From NCBI GenBank assembly GCA_963783385.1, contig CAWANJ010000009.1:896410-960409 (forward strand): a stretch of 64,000 nt of DNA, written 5' to 3'. Source of the DNA: an uncultured Gemmatimonadales bacterium. GTDB lineage: Bacteria > Gemmatimonadota > Gemmatimonadetes > Palauibacterales > Palauibacteraceae. Below the pieces are notes generated by a model that was not told where the DNA came from, did no database searches, and was given only the letters and a program-made list of their open reading frames with translations. A program made the translations under genes and the position numbers. Shown piece after piece: positions 1 to 12,331 of the stretch. Every line of letters starts with the position of its first letter. Positions within the stretch are counted from its first letter, which is position 1.

Positions 1-844
1 CCTCCTCCAGCGACACCCCGCTCGGGATGTAGCCGATGCGGAGGTCGTGGGCGGAGGTCTGGTCGGTGAGGAAGTCGGGGACCACGTCGCGGCGGTCGAG
101 CTCGGGGATCACGTCGGCCGCGTTCCCCACGAGCCCCACGCTGAGCGCCTCGCCCTTCTCCTTCGCGTCGAGGACGAGCTCCAGCGCCTCGTCCAGGTCA
201 TGGGCCAGCCGGTCGCAGTAGCCCGTGTCCACGCGGCGCCGGATCCTGGCCTCGTCCACCTCGACGCCCAGCAAGGCGCCGCCGTTCATGGTGGCGGCCA
301 GCGGCTGCGCGCCCCCCATGCCGCCCAACCCCGAGGTCACCACCAGGCGCCCCGACAGGTCGCCGCCGAAGTGCTGCCGGGCCGCCTCGGCGAAGGTCTC
401 GTAGGTGCCCTGCAGGATGCCCTGCGTCCCGATGTAGATCCAGGAGCCGGCCGTCATCTGGCCGAACATGGTGAGGCCGAGGGCCTCCAGCCGCCGGAAC
501 TCGTCCCAGGTGGCCCAGCGCGGCACCAGGTGCGCGTTGGCGATGAGCACGCGCGGTGCCTCCTCGTGCGTGCGGAACACGCCCACCGGCTTCCCGCTCT
601 GCACGAGCATCGTCTCGTCGTTCTCGAGGCGGCGCAGGGTGTCGACGATGGCGTGGTAGCAGTCCCAGTTCCGCGCCGCCTTCCCCGCCCCGCCGTAGAC
701 GATGAGCTCCTCGGGCTTCTCGGCCACCTCGGGATCGAGGTTGTTCATGAGCATCCGGAGAGCCGCCTCCTGGTGCCAGCCCTTGCAGGAGAGCTCGGTG
801 CCGCGCGGGGCGCGGACCGTCTCGGGTGCGGCGGTGGTCGTCAT
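1..844 (-). CDS. hutU: urocanate hydratase, N-terminal ~280 aa (gene continues past window start)
   Basis: The reverse-complement of 1-844 translates from ATG (rc of 842-844) as [42 protein letters not shown]...[14 protein letters not shown]..., a classic HutU N-terminus. The ORF track lists no ORF here because there is no stop inside the window. Confidence 0.85.
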   Translation of the reverse strand, partial: MTTTAAPETVRAPRGTELSCKGWHQEAALRMLMNNLDPEVAEKPEELIVYGGAGKAARNWDCYHAIVDTLRRLENDETMLVQSGKPVGVFRTHEEAPRVLIANAHLVPRWATWDEFRRLEALGLTMFGQMTAGSWIYIGTQGILQGTYETFAEAARQHFGGDLSGRLVVTSGLGGMGGAQPLAATMNGGALLGVEVDEARIRRRVDTGYCDRLAHDLDEALELVLDAKEKGEALSVGLVGNAADVIPELDRRDVVPDFLTDQTSAHDLRIGYIPSGVSLEE

Positions 845-1081
845 CGGTGCCTCCAGCGGTTGGTCGGATCCCGGGGCGTGCCGCCCCGCCTCATCGTAGA
901 TCCCGCGGCCGTTACGGGCCAGCGGGCCCGATCTCGAGCCCGGCCTGGAGGGCGCGGCCCGCCACCGGCTGGCCGAGGACGGCCGCGGGCCGACCCGGCT
1001 GTCGCGCGGGGCGGGCCCGACCGTAGCTTCGGCCGCGCCCGAGACCGATCCACACTGCGGCGGCCGGAGGACGATGCGAAC

Positions 1082-1990
1082 ATGCGACGGCGGACCGCGG
1101 GAGACGCGGTGAAGGGCCGCTTCCCTCCCGGGATCCGTTACATGGCGGGAGCCGCCTTCGGGTTCAGCCTCATGAGCCTGTTCGTGAAGATCGCCGGACA
1201 GAGGCTGCCCACGGCCGAGGTGGTCCTGGCCCGCGGCGTCGTCATCGTGCTGGTGACGCGCATCCTGCTGTGGCGGGCGGGGATCGCCCCGTGGGGGACC
1301 AGGAAGGGGCTCCTCCTCCTGCGCGGCCTGTTCGGCTTCGCGGCGGTCGGCTGCTTCTACTACGCCATCGCCCACATCCCGCTGGCCGATGCCACGGTCA
1401 TCCAGTACACGAACCCGGTGTGGACGGCGCTCCTCGCCGCCGCCGTGCTGGACGAGCATCTCCGCCCCGTGGAGGTCGTGGGCACGGCCGCCTGCCTGGC
1501 CGGCGTCCTGCTGGTGGCGCGCCCCTCCTTCCTGTTCGGGGCCGAGAGCGCCCACCTCGATCCCCTGGTGGCCGGCATCGCCCTCGCCGGCTCGATGCTG
1601 AGCGCGGCCGCCTACGTCACCGTCCGCAAGCTCGGGGAGAGCGAAGACGCCCTGGTGATCGTGTTCTACTTCGCCCTGGTCAGCACGGTCGGGTCCCTTC
1701 CCGTGGCCGCCACCGAGGCGGTGTGGCCCACGGGCGGGGAGTGGCTGGCGCTGCTCGGCGTGGGGGTGACGGCGCAGGCGGCCCAGCTCCTCATGACGCA
1801 TGGCCTCAAGCGGGAGCGGGCCGGCCGCGCCATGGCGGTCGGCTACCTGCAGATCGTGTTCGCCGGCCTGTGGGGGGCCCTGTTCTTCGCCGAGATCCCG
1901 GGCCTGTGGAGCTACGCGGGCGCCGCCCTCGTGGTCGCCGGCACCTGGATGATCGGCCGGCGGGGGACCTCGGGGGCGGCCCCAGCCTAG
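1082..1990 (+). CDS. EamA/DMT-family permease
   Basis: This is the C-terminal part of ORF 47..1990; upstream of 1082 the same frame is antisense hutU junk. The product has ten predicted TM helices in two EamA halves ([14 protein letters not shown]...; [12 protein letters not shown]...). ATG at 1082; an alternative ATG lies at 1142. Confidence 0.8.
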   Translation: MRRRTAGDAVKGRFPPGIRYMAGAAFGFSLMSLFVKIAGQRLPTAEVVLARGVVIVLVTRILLWRAGIAPWGTRKGLLLLRGLFGFAAVGCFYYAIAHIPLADATVIQYTNPVWTALLAAAVLDEHLRPVEVVGTAACLAGVLLVARPSFLFGAESAHLDPLVAGIALAGSMLSAAAYVTVRKLGESEDALVIVFYFALVSTVGSLPVAATEAVWPTGGEWLALLGVGVTAQAAQLLMTHGLKRERAGRAMAVGYLQIVFAGLWGALFFAEIPGLWSYAGAALVVAGTWMIGRRGTSGAAPA

Positions 1991-2856
1991 AGCTCCGCGC
2001 CCCCCGTCTCCGAGGGCGGCCGACCGCCCGGCTCCAGCCCCATCCACGCTCCGTACAGCTCCGGCCGCCGGTCGCGCCAGAACAGGCGCCTCGCGTGCGA
2101 GCGCTCGCACGCCGCCCGGTCCACGTCGGCGATCACCAGGTCCTCCTCGCCACTCGCGCCCCTCGCCGTGACCCGCCCCTCGGGGTCGACCACGAAGGAC
2201 TCCCCCGCGAAGGCCAGCTCGCCCTCCTCGCCCACGCGGTTGCACAGGGCGGCCCAGTAGCCGTTCTGGAAGGCCGCCGCGCGCACCTCGGCCTCGTACA
2301 GTCCCTCGGGCCACTCTCCCACCGTGCCGGCCTGCGGGATCACGACCAGCTCGGCGCCGGCCACGCCCAGGGCGCGCATGTACTCGGGGTAGTGGCGGTC
2401 GTAGCAGATGGCCACGCCGACCCGCCCCACGGCCGTGTCGTACACCGGCGCCCCCCGGTCGCCGGGATGGTAGTACGCCTGCTCGTGGAAGCCCGGGTAG
2501 TCGGTGATGTGGACCATGCGGGTCACGCCGAGGAGCGAGCCGTCGGCATCGATCACGGGCGAGCTGTCGAAGCGGCGGCCCCGCTGGTCCACCTCGTACA
2601 GGTTGAACACGACCACCAGGGAGAGCTCCGCCGCCCGCCGGGCGATCCGCCCGGTCGTCGGACCCGGCACGGGCTCGGCCAGTCCGTCGGAGCCCTCCCA
2701 GCACCGAAGTCTCGGGAAGAACGGCTCCAGGGCCAGCTCCGGGAACGCCACCAGCCCGGCGCCCGCCTCCGCCGCCCGCCCCATCGCCTCCAGCGCCGCC
2801 TCCAGGTTCCGCTCCCGGTCCGGACCCGCCCGACCCTGCACCAACGCGATCCTCAT
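1987..2856 (-). CDS. carbon-nitrogen hydrolase (nitrilase/amidase superfamily)
   Basis: Full ORF with a GGAGG RBS. It has nitrilase-superfamily features: E at FPEL, K in the R..K motif, and a Cys nucleophile at AICYD. It converges with the EamA gene with a 4-nt overlap. Confidence 0.8.
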   Translation of the reverse strand: MRIALVQGRAGPDRERNLEAALEAMGRAAEAGAGLVAFPELALEPFFPRLRCWEGSDGLAEPVPGPTTGRIARRAAELSLVVVFNLYEVDQRGRRFDSSPVIDADGSLLGVTRMVHITDYPGFHEQAYYHPGDRGAPVYDTAVGRVGVAICYDRHYPEYMRALGVAGAELVVIPQAGTVGEWPEGLYEAEVRAAAFQNGYWAALCNRVGEEGELAFAGESFVVDPEGRVTARGASGEEDLVIADVDRAACERSHARRLFWRDRRPELYGAWMGLEPGGRPPSETGGAEL

Positions 2857-3014
2857 CGGCTCCTCCGCGCGTGTCCGCTCCGTGTCACCCTCGAGGTGCG
2901 CATCCTACGTCTTGCCGCGCGCCGGGTCACGGTCCGAGATTGGCCCGCCGCTCCCGCGGCCGATCCGGTCCGGGAGCGCGGTGCGCACGAACAGTCTCAG
3001 CAGGGAGTCCTCAC

Positions 3015-5627
3015 ATGATCGACCTCGACCCCGTCCGACCCGGTCCGTCCCGGGTTCGCCGCCTCCTCCTCGCCGCCTGCACCCTCCTCCTCGGCCTCCT
3101 CCTCGCTCCGCCGGGCGCGGCCGCGGTCCGCGCGCAGGAGGCCGGACACGGCGGCGGCGAGGCCGAGGGTGCCAAGCCCCTGCCCACGATCGAGGTGAAG
3201 ACGAAGGGCATGGAGCCCATGCCCGGCTACTTCGACCTGTACTGGGACGGCCAGGCCGACAAGCTCTACCTGGAGGTCGACCGTTTCGACCACGAGTTCC
3301 TGTACCAGGAGTCACTGGCCACCGGGCTCGGCTCGAACCCGGTGGGCCTGGACCGGGGCCAGGAGGGCACGACCCGCGTCCTGGTGGCGAGGCGCGTGGG
3401 CCGCAGGATCCTGTTCGTCGAGCCCAACCTCGGCTACCGGGCGCGGAGCGGCAGCGAGGCCGAGAAGGCGGCCGTGCGCGAGGCGTTCGCGCCGGGCACC
3501 GTGTGGGGCTTCGACGCCGTGGCCCGCACGGGCGACCGGTGGCTGGTGGACGCGACGCCCTTCTTCATCCGCGACGCGCACGGGGTCGTCCAGACCCTGA
3601 AGCGCACGGACCAGGGCGACTTCAAGCTGGACGCGAGCCGCAGCACGATCTACCTGCCCCGCACGAAGGCGTTTCCGAAGAACACCGAGGTCGAGGCGTG
3701 GCTGACCTACACGAGTCCCCGGCCCGGGCCACTCGTGCGCCGAACGGCGGCCGACGCGGAGGCCGTGTCGCTGCGGGCCCACTATTCCCTCGTGCAGCTC
3801 CCCGACGACGGCTACCAGCCGCGCCGCGCGGACCCGCGCGTCGGGACCTTCGCGGTCGGCTTCCAGGACTACGCGGTGCCCATCGACCAGGACATCCACG
3901 TGCGCTGGGCCACCCGTCACCTCCTGGTGAAGAAGGACCCGAACGCGGCCGTGTCCGAACCGGTGAAGCCGCTCGTCTACTACGTGGATCCAGGGATCCC
4001 CGAGCCCATCCGCAGCGCGGTCATGGAGGGGATCTCGTGGTGGTCGAAGGCGTTCGAGGCCGCCGGCTTCAAGAACGCCTTCCAGGTGAAGGTGCTGCCC
4101 GACAGCGCCGATCCCATGGATCTGCGCTACAACATCGTGCACTGGACGCACCGCCGGACGCGCGGCTGGTCGTACGGCGCCTCGGTGGTCGACCCGCGCA
4201 CGGGCGAGATCCTCAAGGCCAACGTCAACCTGGGCAGCCTGCGCCTGCGCCAGGACCACCTCATCGGGCAGGGGCTCGTGCCGAGCTACGCGGGAGCGGC
4301 GGCCGACGGTGCCGGGATGGGCACCGACGCCCGGGGCGTGGGCGGCTGCGACTACGGCGAGGGGCCCTCATTCGGCTACCTGGCCGACCTGGACCCGAAC
4401 ACGACCCCGACCGGGATGGCGCTGGCCCGCGTCCGCCAGCTGGCGGCGCACGAGGTCGGCCACACGCTCGGCCTGGCCCACAACTTCATGGCCAGCACCT
4501 ACGGCCGGGCCAGCGTCATGGACTATCCGGCGCCGGCCGTGAACATCCGCGACGACGGCACGCTCGACCTGTCGGACGCGTACGGGGTGGGCGTGGGCGC
4601 CTACGACCTGTTCGCGATCAAGTGGCTGTACAGCCAGTTCCCGAAGGGCACCGACGAGGCCGCGGCCCTGGACTCGATCGTTCAGGACGGGCTGAGCAAG
4701 GGGTACGGCTTCATCACCGACGCCGACGCGCGGCCGGCCGGCGCGGCGCACCCGCTGGCCGCCCTGTGGGACAACGGCTCGAACCCCGTGGACTACCTGG
4801 AGCACGAGCTCCAGGTCCGGAAGGTGGGGCTCGAGCACTTCGGTCCGGCCATGATCCGGAAGGGCGAGCCAATGGCCTCGCTCGAGTACGTGCTCGTCCC
4901 GCTCTACCTGCACCACCGCTACCAGCTCAACGCCGCCGCCCACAGCCTGGGAGGGGACGACTACCGCTTCGCCATGCGGGGCGACGGCCAGACGCCGAAC
5001 ACGCCGGTGGCCCCGGCCGAGCAGGAGAAGGCGCTCCGGGAGATGCTCTCGACCCTGGAGCCCTCCTTCCTGGCGATCCCGAACCGCATCCTGGACCTGA
5101 TCCCGCCACCGGCCTACGGGATGGCGCCCGGCGAGAGCTTCGATTCGCGCACGGCGCCGGTGTTCGACCCCCTGGGCGTGGCCGGCTCCTCGGCGCGCTT
5201 CACGCTGGACCTCATCCTCCAGCCGCAGCGCATGGCGAGGCTGGTGGCGCAGCACGCCCGCGACCCGAAGGAGCCCGGCCTGGCGCAGGTGCTGGACCGG
5301 ACGCTGGACGCCACCTGGCGCGCCCCCGCCCCGGACGACGGTTACCGGCTCGCCATCCGCCGCACCGTGGACCGCGTCTTCCTGGACCGGCTCCTGGATC
5401 AGGCCGGTAGCGGCCAGAACACCGAGCTGGTGCGGGCCGAGCTCGACGCGGGGATCCGGTCCCTGCGCGACTGGCTGGCCGCGCGGCCCCACCCGGATCC
5501 CGTGCAGGCCAAGGCGCTCGAGGACATCCAGCGCTGGATGGCGCGCCCCCAGGGCACCACGCCCCCGGCGACCGTCGAGCAGCTCCCGCCGGGCGACCCG
5601 ATCGGCAGCGGTGGCGGCGGGCGCTGA
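3015..5627 (+). CDS. secreted zinc-dependent metalloprotease (HEVGHTLGLAHNF; DUF5117/DUF5118-type)
   Basis: ATG at 3015 after an AGGGAG RBS, followed by a signal peptide (RRLLLAACTLLLGLLLAPPGAAAVRAQ). It carries an HExxH zinc motif HEVGH followed by VMDYP, and is a large beta-rich protein. The ORF-track start at 2871 is upstream junk. Confidence 0.75.
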   Translation: MIDLDPVRPGPSRVRRLLLAACTLLLGLLLAPPGAAAVRAQEAGHGGGEAEGAKPLPTIEVKTKGMEPMPGYFDLYWDGQADKLYLEVDRFDHEFLYQESLATGLGSNPVGLDRGQEGTTRVLVARRVGRRILFVEPNLGYRARSGSEAEKAAVREAFAPGTVWGFDAVARTGDRWLVDATPFFIRDAHGVVQTLKRTDQGDFKLDASRSTIYLPRTKAFPKNTEVEAWLTYTSPRPGPLVRRTAADAEAVSLRAHYSLVQLPDDGYQPRRADPRVGTFAVGFQDYAVPIDQDIHVRWATRHLLVKKDPNAAVSEPVKPLVYYVDPGIPEPIRSAVMEGISWWSKAFEAAGFKNAFQVKVLPDSADPMDLRYNIVHWTHRRTRGWSYGASVVDPRTGEILKANVNLGSLRLRQDHLIGQGLVPSYAGAAADGAGMGTDARGVGGCDYGEGPSFGYLADLDPNTTPTGMALARVRQLAAHEVGHTLGLAHNFMASTYGRASVMDYPAPAVNIRDDGTLDLSDAYGVGVGAYDLFAIKWLYSQFPKGTDEAAALDSIVQDGLSKGYGFITDADARPAGAAHPLAALWDNGSNPVDYLEHELQVRKVGLEHFGPAMIRKGEPMASLEYVLVPLYLHHRYQLNAAAHSLGGDDYRFAMRGDGQTPNTPVAPAEQEKALREMLSTLEPSFLAIPNRILDLIPPPAYGMAPGESFDSRTAPVFDPLGVAGSSARFTLDLILQPQRMARLVAQHARDPKEPGLAQVLDRTLDATWRAPAPDDGYRLAIRRTVDRVFLDRLLDQAGSGQNTELVRAELDAGIRSLRDWLAARPHPDPVQAKALEDIQRWMARPQGTTPPATVEQLPPGDPIGSGGGGR

Positions 5628-5689
5628 GCGCGTCCTCGTGAGACTCCCGCGCTCGGGCCGGTGAGCCCGACGGCGGCTTGCCGCCCGCG

Positions 5690-5719
5690 CCGGGGCGGGC
5701 GAAGTTGTGCCCGCCCCGG
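5690..5719 (+). terminator. GC-rich hairpin after the metalloprotease (ccggggcgggc-gaagttgt-gcccgccccgg), no U-tract
   Basis: An 11-bp perfect stem with an 8-nt loop lies 63 nt after the stop. There is no T-run, which is common for high-GC terminators but weakens the call. Confidence 0.35.
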
Positions 5720-5798
5720 GGGCCGCCCGCTCGGCCCCTCGTCCGACCCGCCGCATCCCGCGCCGGAGCGCGCATTCCTCGAGGAGGCGGAGCACGCA

Positions 5799-7321
5799 TG
5801 AGCACCTCGACGTCCACGTCCGAAGTCACGGCGAGCTCGACCCGGCCCGGCGCGCCGCCCCGCGACGGCTTCTTCGGCCACCCGCGCGGGCTGGCGACGC
5901 TGTTCTTCACCGAGATGTGGGAGCGGTTCAGCTACTACGGCATGCGCGGCATCCTCATCCTGTTCATGGTCGACGCCGCGACCACGGGCGGCATGGGCCT
6001 CACCGACAAGCGGGCCGCGGCCATCTACGGCCTGTACACGGCGGGCGTCTACCTCCTGGCCCTGCCGGGGGGCTGGATCGCCGACCGCATCCTGGGCCAG
6101 CGCAGCGCCGTCTTCCTGGGCGGGGTCGTCATCGCCTGCGGGCACTTCAGCATGGCGATCCCCACCACCGGGACGTTCTTCCTGGGCCTGGCGCTCATCG
6201 TGATCGGCACCGGCCTCCTCAAGCCCAACGTGAGCTCCATCGTCGGGGACCTGTACCCCGAGGGCGGCGCCCGCCGCGACGCCGGCTTCTCGGTGTTCTA
6301 CATGGGGATCAACCTCGGCGCCTTCGTGGGACCGATCATCTGCGGCTTCCTGGGCGAGAAGATCAACTGGCACCTGGGCTTCAGCGCCGCCGGAATCGGC
6401 ATGGTGCTGGGCCTGATCCAGTACAAGCTCGGCGGCAAGTACCTGGGTGACTGCGGGTACATGGAGCCCGAGGAGGAGGCGCGACGACCGGCCGCGCTGC
6501 GCTGGCTCGTGGCCGGCCTGGCCGCGTTCGCCGCGATCGTCGTGGCGCTGGCGCTGCTCCAGGCCGGCGGCGCGATCCAGATCACCTTCGAGAAGGTGGC
6601 CGAGGGCGCGGCGTTCGTGATCATGGGCGTGGCGGTCCTCTACTTCGGCTCCGTGCTCGCCTTCGGCGAGCTCACGGGCGTACAGAAGAAGCGCGTGGTC
6701 GTGATCTTCCTCCTGTTCTTGGCGGCGGCGCTGTTCTGGTCGGGCTTCGAGCAGGCCGGCTCCTCCATGAACCTGTTCGCCGAACGGCTCACGAACCGGA
6801 CCGTGTTCGGGTGGCAGGCGCCGGCGAGCGCGCTCCAGGCCGTGAACCCCCTGTTCATCATCATATTCGCTCCCCTGTTCGGCTCCCTGTGGGTGTGGCT
6901 CAACGCCCGGAAGAGGGAGCCCTCGATCCCGGTCAAGTTCGGGATGGGACTCCTCCTCCTCGCGGTGAGCTTCCTGGTCATGACGTGGGCGGCCACCAAC
7001 GCCAGCGAGACACACCGGGTGACGCCCTTCTTCCTCATCGCCGCCTACTTCTTCCAGACGTGTGGCGAGCTGTCGCTCAGCCCGGTCGGTCTCTCCAGCG
7101 TGACGAAGCTGGCTCCGAAGCGGCTGGTGAGTCAGATGATGGGCACCTGGTTCATGGGCTCGGCGCTCGGGAACCTGATCGCGGGACTGGTGGCCGGGCA
7201 GTTCCAGAGCGTTCCGCTCCCCGAGCTGTTCGGGCGGGTCGCCCTGTGGGCGGCGGCCGGAGGCTTCCTCATGCTGCTGTTCTTCAAGCCGATCAAGAAG
7301 CTGATGGGCGGCGTGCGGTGA
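5799..7321 (+). CDS. POT/PTR2 proton-dependent oligopeptide transporter (DtpT-like)
   Basis: ATG at 5799 after GAGGAGG. It has the ExxERFxYYG signature (TEMWERFSYYGMRGILILFMV) and about 14 TM helices. It lies directly downstream of the metalloprotease. Confidence 0.85.
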
Positions 7322-7331
7322 GCCGGCGCTG

Positions 7332-7591
7332 ATGGACGCCCGTCCGCGCCTGATGCCCCCGGGGCTCACGCGGCGTCAGCGCCGCGTGTACGGCGCCGTG
7401 ACGCTGTTCTTCATCATCGTGTTCTTCGCGCTGATGTGGCCCGTCTACCCGCTGTTCTCGGGCATCCGGCCCGTCGTCCTCGGGATGCCCTTTTCGCTCG
7501 TCTACCTGGTCGTCATCCTGGCCGTCTCCTTCCTGGTGCTCCTCGGCCTGTTCGCGTGGGAGGGCCGCGCCGACCGGCGGGACCGCTCCTG

Positions 7592-7592
<1 letters not shown>
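7332..7592 (+). CDS. DUF3311 small membrane protein (typical partner of SSS symporters)
   Basis: An 86-aa protein with two TM helices. Its stop overlaps the symporter start (ATGA at 7590-7594). Confidence 0.6.
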
Positions 7593-9079
<1,487 letters not shown>

Positions 9080-9083
<4 letters not shown>

Positions 9084-10282
9084 CCGGCGGCGCTCTCGCC
9101 GCCGGCGGCTTTCCACGCGGCCGGCCACGCCCCGGCCAGCGCCTCGGCGATGTCGAGGGCCCGCTCCAGCTCCGACAGCTCCACCGACTCCCGGACGGTG
9201 TGGGCCAGGGCCTCTTCCCCGGGCCCGATTCCGATCACGGTGGAGCCGTGCGCCACGAAGTGGCCTCCGTCGGTGGCGAACTTCCACACGCCGACCGGCG
9301 GCCTCCGGCCCAGCGCCCGCTCGAGGACGTCGCCGGCCGTCACCACCGCGGGGTCGCCGGCGGCGCGCACCCAGGACGGGTTCACGGCCGGGACCTCCCG
9401 GACCAGCCCCGTCCACGTGGCGTGCTCGACCGCCGGCACGAGGATCTGGGCCGTGGCCCCCGGGACCGCCGCCGCCGCCTCCTCGAGCGCCGGGGCGAGC
9501 AGGGCACGGAGGATCTCGGGCGTCGTGTCGGGTCCGGTGCGCACGTCCAGGGTGAGCCACACCTCTCCCGGGACCACGTTGCGGCTCACCTGGTCGGTCC
9601 GGATCAGCGTCGGGGCCACCGACGTGGGGCCCAGCTCGGGGTCCTCGGGGAGGTCGACCGAAGGGAGCCGGTCGAGGAAGCCGGCCACCACGTACAGCGG
9701 GTTCACGCCGCGCTCGGGCGCGCTGGCGTGGACGCTCCGGCCGGTGGAGTGGAGCCGGAGCTCGGTCCGCCCCCGGTGGCCGCGCCGCAGCTCGTTCGAG
9801 CTCGGCTCTCCGATCACCACGAGGTCGGTGGCGAGGCGCTCCGCCAGGTAGCGGGCTCCGAGCCCCCCGATCTCCTCCTGGACGACCGCGCTCACGTACA
9901 CGTCGGACGGCGGGCGCGCCCCATTGGCCAGGAGGCGAGCGACGCCGTGCACCTGGGTCGCGAGCGGTCCCTTGATGTCCACGGCCCCTCGGCCCCACAC
10001 GCGACCATCGGCGATCTCCCCGCCGAAGGGCGGGTGCGGCCAGCGACCCGGGTCCCCGACGTCGACGTGGTCCAGGTGGGTGTTGAACATCAGCGAGGGA
10101 CGCCGCGCCTCGCCGCGCACCAGGCCGACCACGTTGCCGGCCTCGTCCACCGATACCTCGTCGTAGCCGAGCGCCTCCATCTCGTCCCGCACGACGGCCG
10201 CCGTCCCCTCCTCCTCGCCCGGCAGTCCGGGCGTCCGGATGAGCCGCTGCAGGAAGTCGACGGTCCGGTCCAGATCGATCAT
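9080..10282 (-). CDS. M20-family metallopeptidase (ArgE/DapE-like)
   Basis: ATG (rc 10280-10282) with GGAGG upstream. Motifs HLDHV, GAVDIKG and EEIGG match M20 metal ligands. The ORF-track start at 10324 is probably too long. Confidence 0.8.
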
Positions 10283-10420
10283 GGTCCTCCTCGCATGCGT
10301 GTCGGCGCCGTTTCCGGGGCTCAACCTACGCCCCGCCCCGCCCCGGCGCCTCGTTGCGCATCCCTCGGTCCGCGTCCTAGCATCCCGGACCCGCGAACCC
10401 CGGATGGAGAGTCTCCCTCG

Positions 10421-12331
10421 ATGCGATCCGAGAACAGCCGCCGCGCCGCGGTCCTATGCGCCCTGGCACTCGCCGGCCTGCCGGGCGCCGCCCTGGCGCG
10501 GTCGCCGGGCGGGTCGTCGCCGGCGAGCACGACGCGGCCCGCCGCCGCTCCGCCCGTTCGCTACGAAATCCGCTTCCCGAACGCCGCCCACCACGAGGCC
10601 GAGGTGAGCGTGACCTTCGCCGGCCTCGGGTCCGCACCGCTCGAGCTGCAGATGAGCCGTTCCTCGCCGGGCCGCTACGCGCTGCACGAGTTCGCCAAGA
10701 ACGTGTACGGGCTGGCCGCCGCCGGGCCGGACGGGGAGGCCCTCTCCGTCGAGAAGGTCACCCCCTCCCGCTGGAGGGTGGCACGACACGGGGCGTCCGT
10801 CACCGTGCGCTACACGCTGTTCGGGGACCACGCGGACGGCACCTACCCGGGCATCGACCGCACCCACGCCCACCTCAACATGCCGGCCGCCTTCCTGTAC
10901 GCGCGCGGGCTCGAGGACCGGCCCATCGTGATCACCTTCCGTCTCCCGGAGAGTTCGGGCTGGAAGGTGGGCACGCAGCTCGAGCCCACCTCGGACCCGG
11001 AGCGCTTCACCGCCCCCGACCTCCAGTACTTCATGGACAGCCCCACCGAGCTGTCCGACTTCGACGAGCGCGCCTGGCGGGAGCCCTCGGGGGACACCGC
11101 CTACACTATCCGACTGTTCGTCCACCACCGGGGCTCGAAACAGGACCTGGACCGCTACGAGTCCATGGTGAAGCGGATCGTCCGGGAGGAGAAGGCCGTG
11201 TTCGGGGAGCTGGCGCCGTACGACTACGGCACCTACACCTTCCTGGCCGGCTACCTGCCCTGGGTGTACGGGGACGGCATGGAGCACAGGAACTCCACCT
11301 TCCTCACCAGCACGCGGCCCCTGGCCGATTCCGCCGACGCCGTCCGGGACCTGGGCGCCCTCGCGCACGAGTTCTTCCACTCGTGGAACATGGAACGCAT
11401 CCGCGACCGGGCCATCGAGCCCTTCGACTTCGCGCACGTGGACATGTCGGGGCTGCTGTGGTTCGGGGAGGGCTTCACGCAGTACTACGGGCAGATCGCC
11501 ATGGAGCGGGCCGGATTCACCGGGCGGCGGGACTACCTGGACGGCCTGGCCCGCACGCTGGACTACGTGGTCGACTCCCCGGGGCGGAGGTTCCGGGGAC
11601 CGATCGGGATGAGCCGCTACTCGCCCTTCGTGGACGCGGCCCGCTGGGTGGACCGCACCAACGCGCCCAACACGTTCATCTCCTACTACAGCTACGGGGC
11701 GGTGCTGGCCGCGGGGCTCGACCTCGAGCTCCGCACCCGCTACCACCTCACCCTGGACGACTACATGCGGGCCATGTGGAAGCGTTACGGGCTCACGGGG
11801 ACCCCGTACACGCTGGAGGGCCTGCGCGCGACCCTGGGCCGGGTCACGGGCGACACGGCCTTCGCCCGTCACTTCTTCGCGGAGGAGATCGAGGGGCGCC
11901 GCCTCCCCGACTTCGCCGCGCTCCTCGGCCGGGCGGGGCTGCTGCTGCGCCCGGCGCACCCGGACCGGGCCACGCTCGGCGGCGCGCGGCTCGTGGTGGG
12001 AGACAGCGGCGTCCGGGTCGCCTCCGGCACCCTGATCGGCAGCCCCCTGTACGCCGCCGGGGTCGACATGGATGATGTGCTACTGGAAATGGACGGACGT
12101 AAGATACTGTATATACAGGATATCACCGGCGTCGTTTCCGCCCACGCGCCTGGCGACAGCGTCACCCTCATCTACGCCGCGCGCGACGGCCGGCACCGGG
12201 CCCGGGTGGCCCTCGCGGCCGACCCGTCGCGGGAGATCGTCCCCTTCGAGAAAGCCGGGCGGCCGGTCACGGACGCCATGCGCCGCCTGCGTGAGGCGTG
12301 GCTGGGGTCCGAGGTCTCCAGGGGCCCGTGA
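10421..12331 (+). CDS. M61 glycyl aminopeptidase with C-terminal PDZ domain
   Basis: ATG at 10421 with a signal peptide (AVLCALALAGLPGAALA). It has HEFFHSWN (HExxH) plus a downstream E, and a PDZ-like C-terminus (GVDMDDVLLEMDGRKI). It is the in-frame tail of long ORF 8954..12331. Confidence 0.8.
   Translation: MRSENSRRAAVLCALALAGLPGAALARSPGGSSPASTTRPAAAPPVRYEIRFPNAAHHEAEVSVTFAGLGSAPLELQMSRSSPGRYALHEFAKNVYGLAAAGPDGEALSVEKVTPSRWRVARHGASVTVRYTLFGDHADGTYPGIDRTHAHLNMPAAFLYARGLEDRPIVITFRLPESSGWKVGTQLEPTSDPERFTAPDLQYFMDSPTELSDFDERAWREPSGDTAYTIRLFVHHRGSKQDLDRYESMVKRIVREEKAVFGELAPYDYGTYTFLAGYLPWVYGDGMEHRNSTFLTSTRPLADSADAVRDLGALAHEFFHSWNMERIRDRAIEPFDFAHVDMSGLLWFGEGFTQYYGQIAMERAGFTGRRDYLDGLARTLDYVVDSPGRRFRGPIGMSRYSPFVDAARWVDRTNAPNTFISYYSYGAVLAAGLDLELRTRYHLTLDDYMRAMWKRYGLTGTPYTLEGLRATLGRVTGDTAFARHFFAEEIEGRRLPDFAALLGRAGLLLRPAHPDRATLGGARLVVGDSGVRVASGTLIGSPLYAAGVDMDDVLLEMDGRKILYIQDITGVVSAHAPGDSVTLIYAARDGRHRARVALAADPSREIVPFEKAGRPVTDAMRRLREAWLGSEVSRGP

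Noticed and set aside
2504-5410. 968-aa plus-strand ORF overlapping the metalloprotease in another frame
   Set aside because: The translation is Arg/Gly/Pro-rich low-complexity sequence typical of off-frame reading in 70% GC DNA. The in-frame metalloprotease gives a coherent family match.
5399-7369. 656-aa minus-strand ORF antisense to the POT transporter
   Set aside because: It is antisense to a well-supported membrane transporter. The product is E/R/G/H-rich nonsense with no hydrophobic or structured segments.
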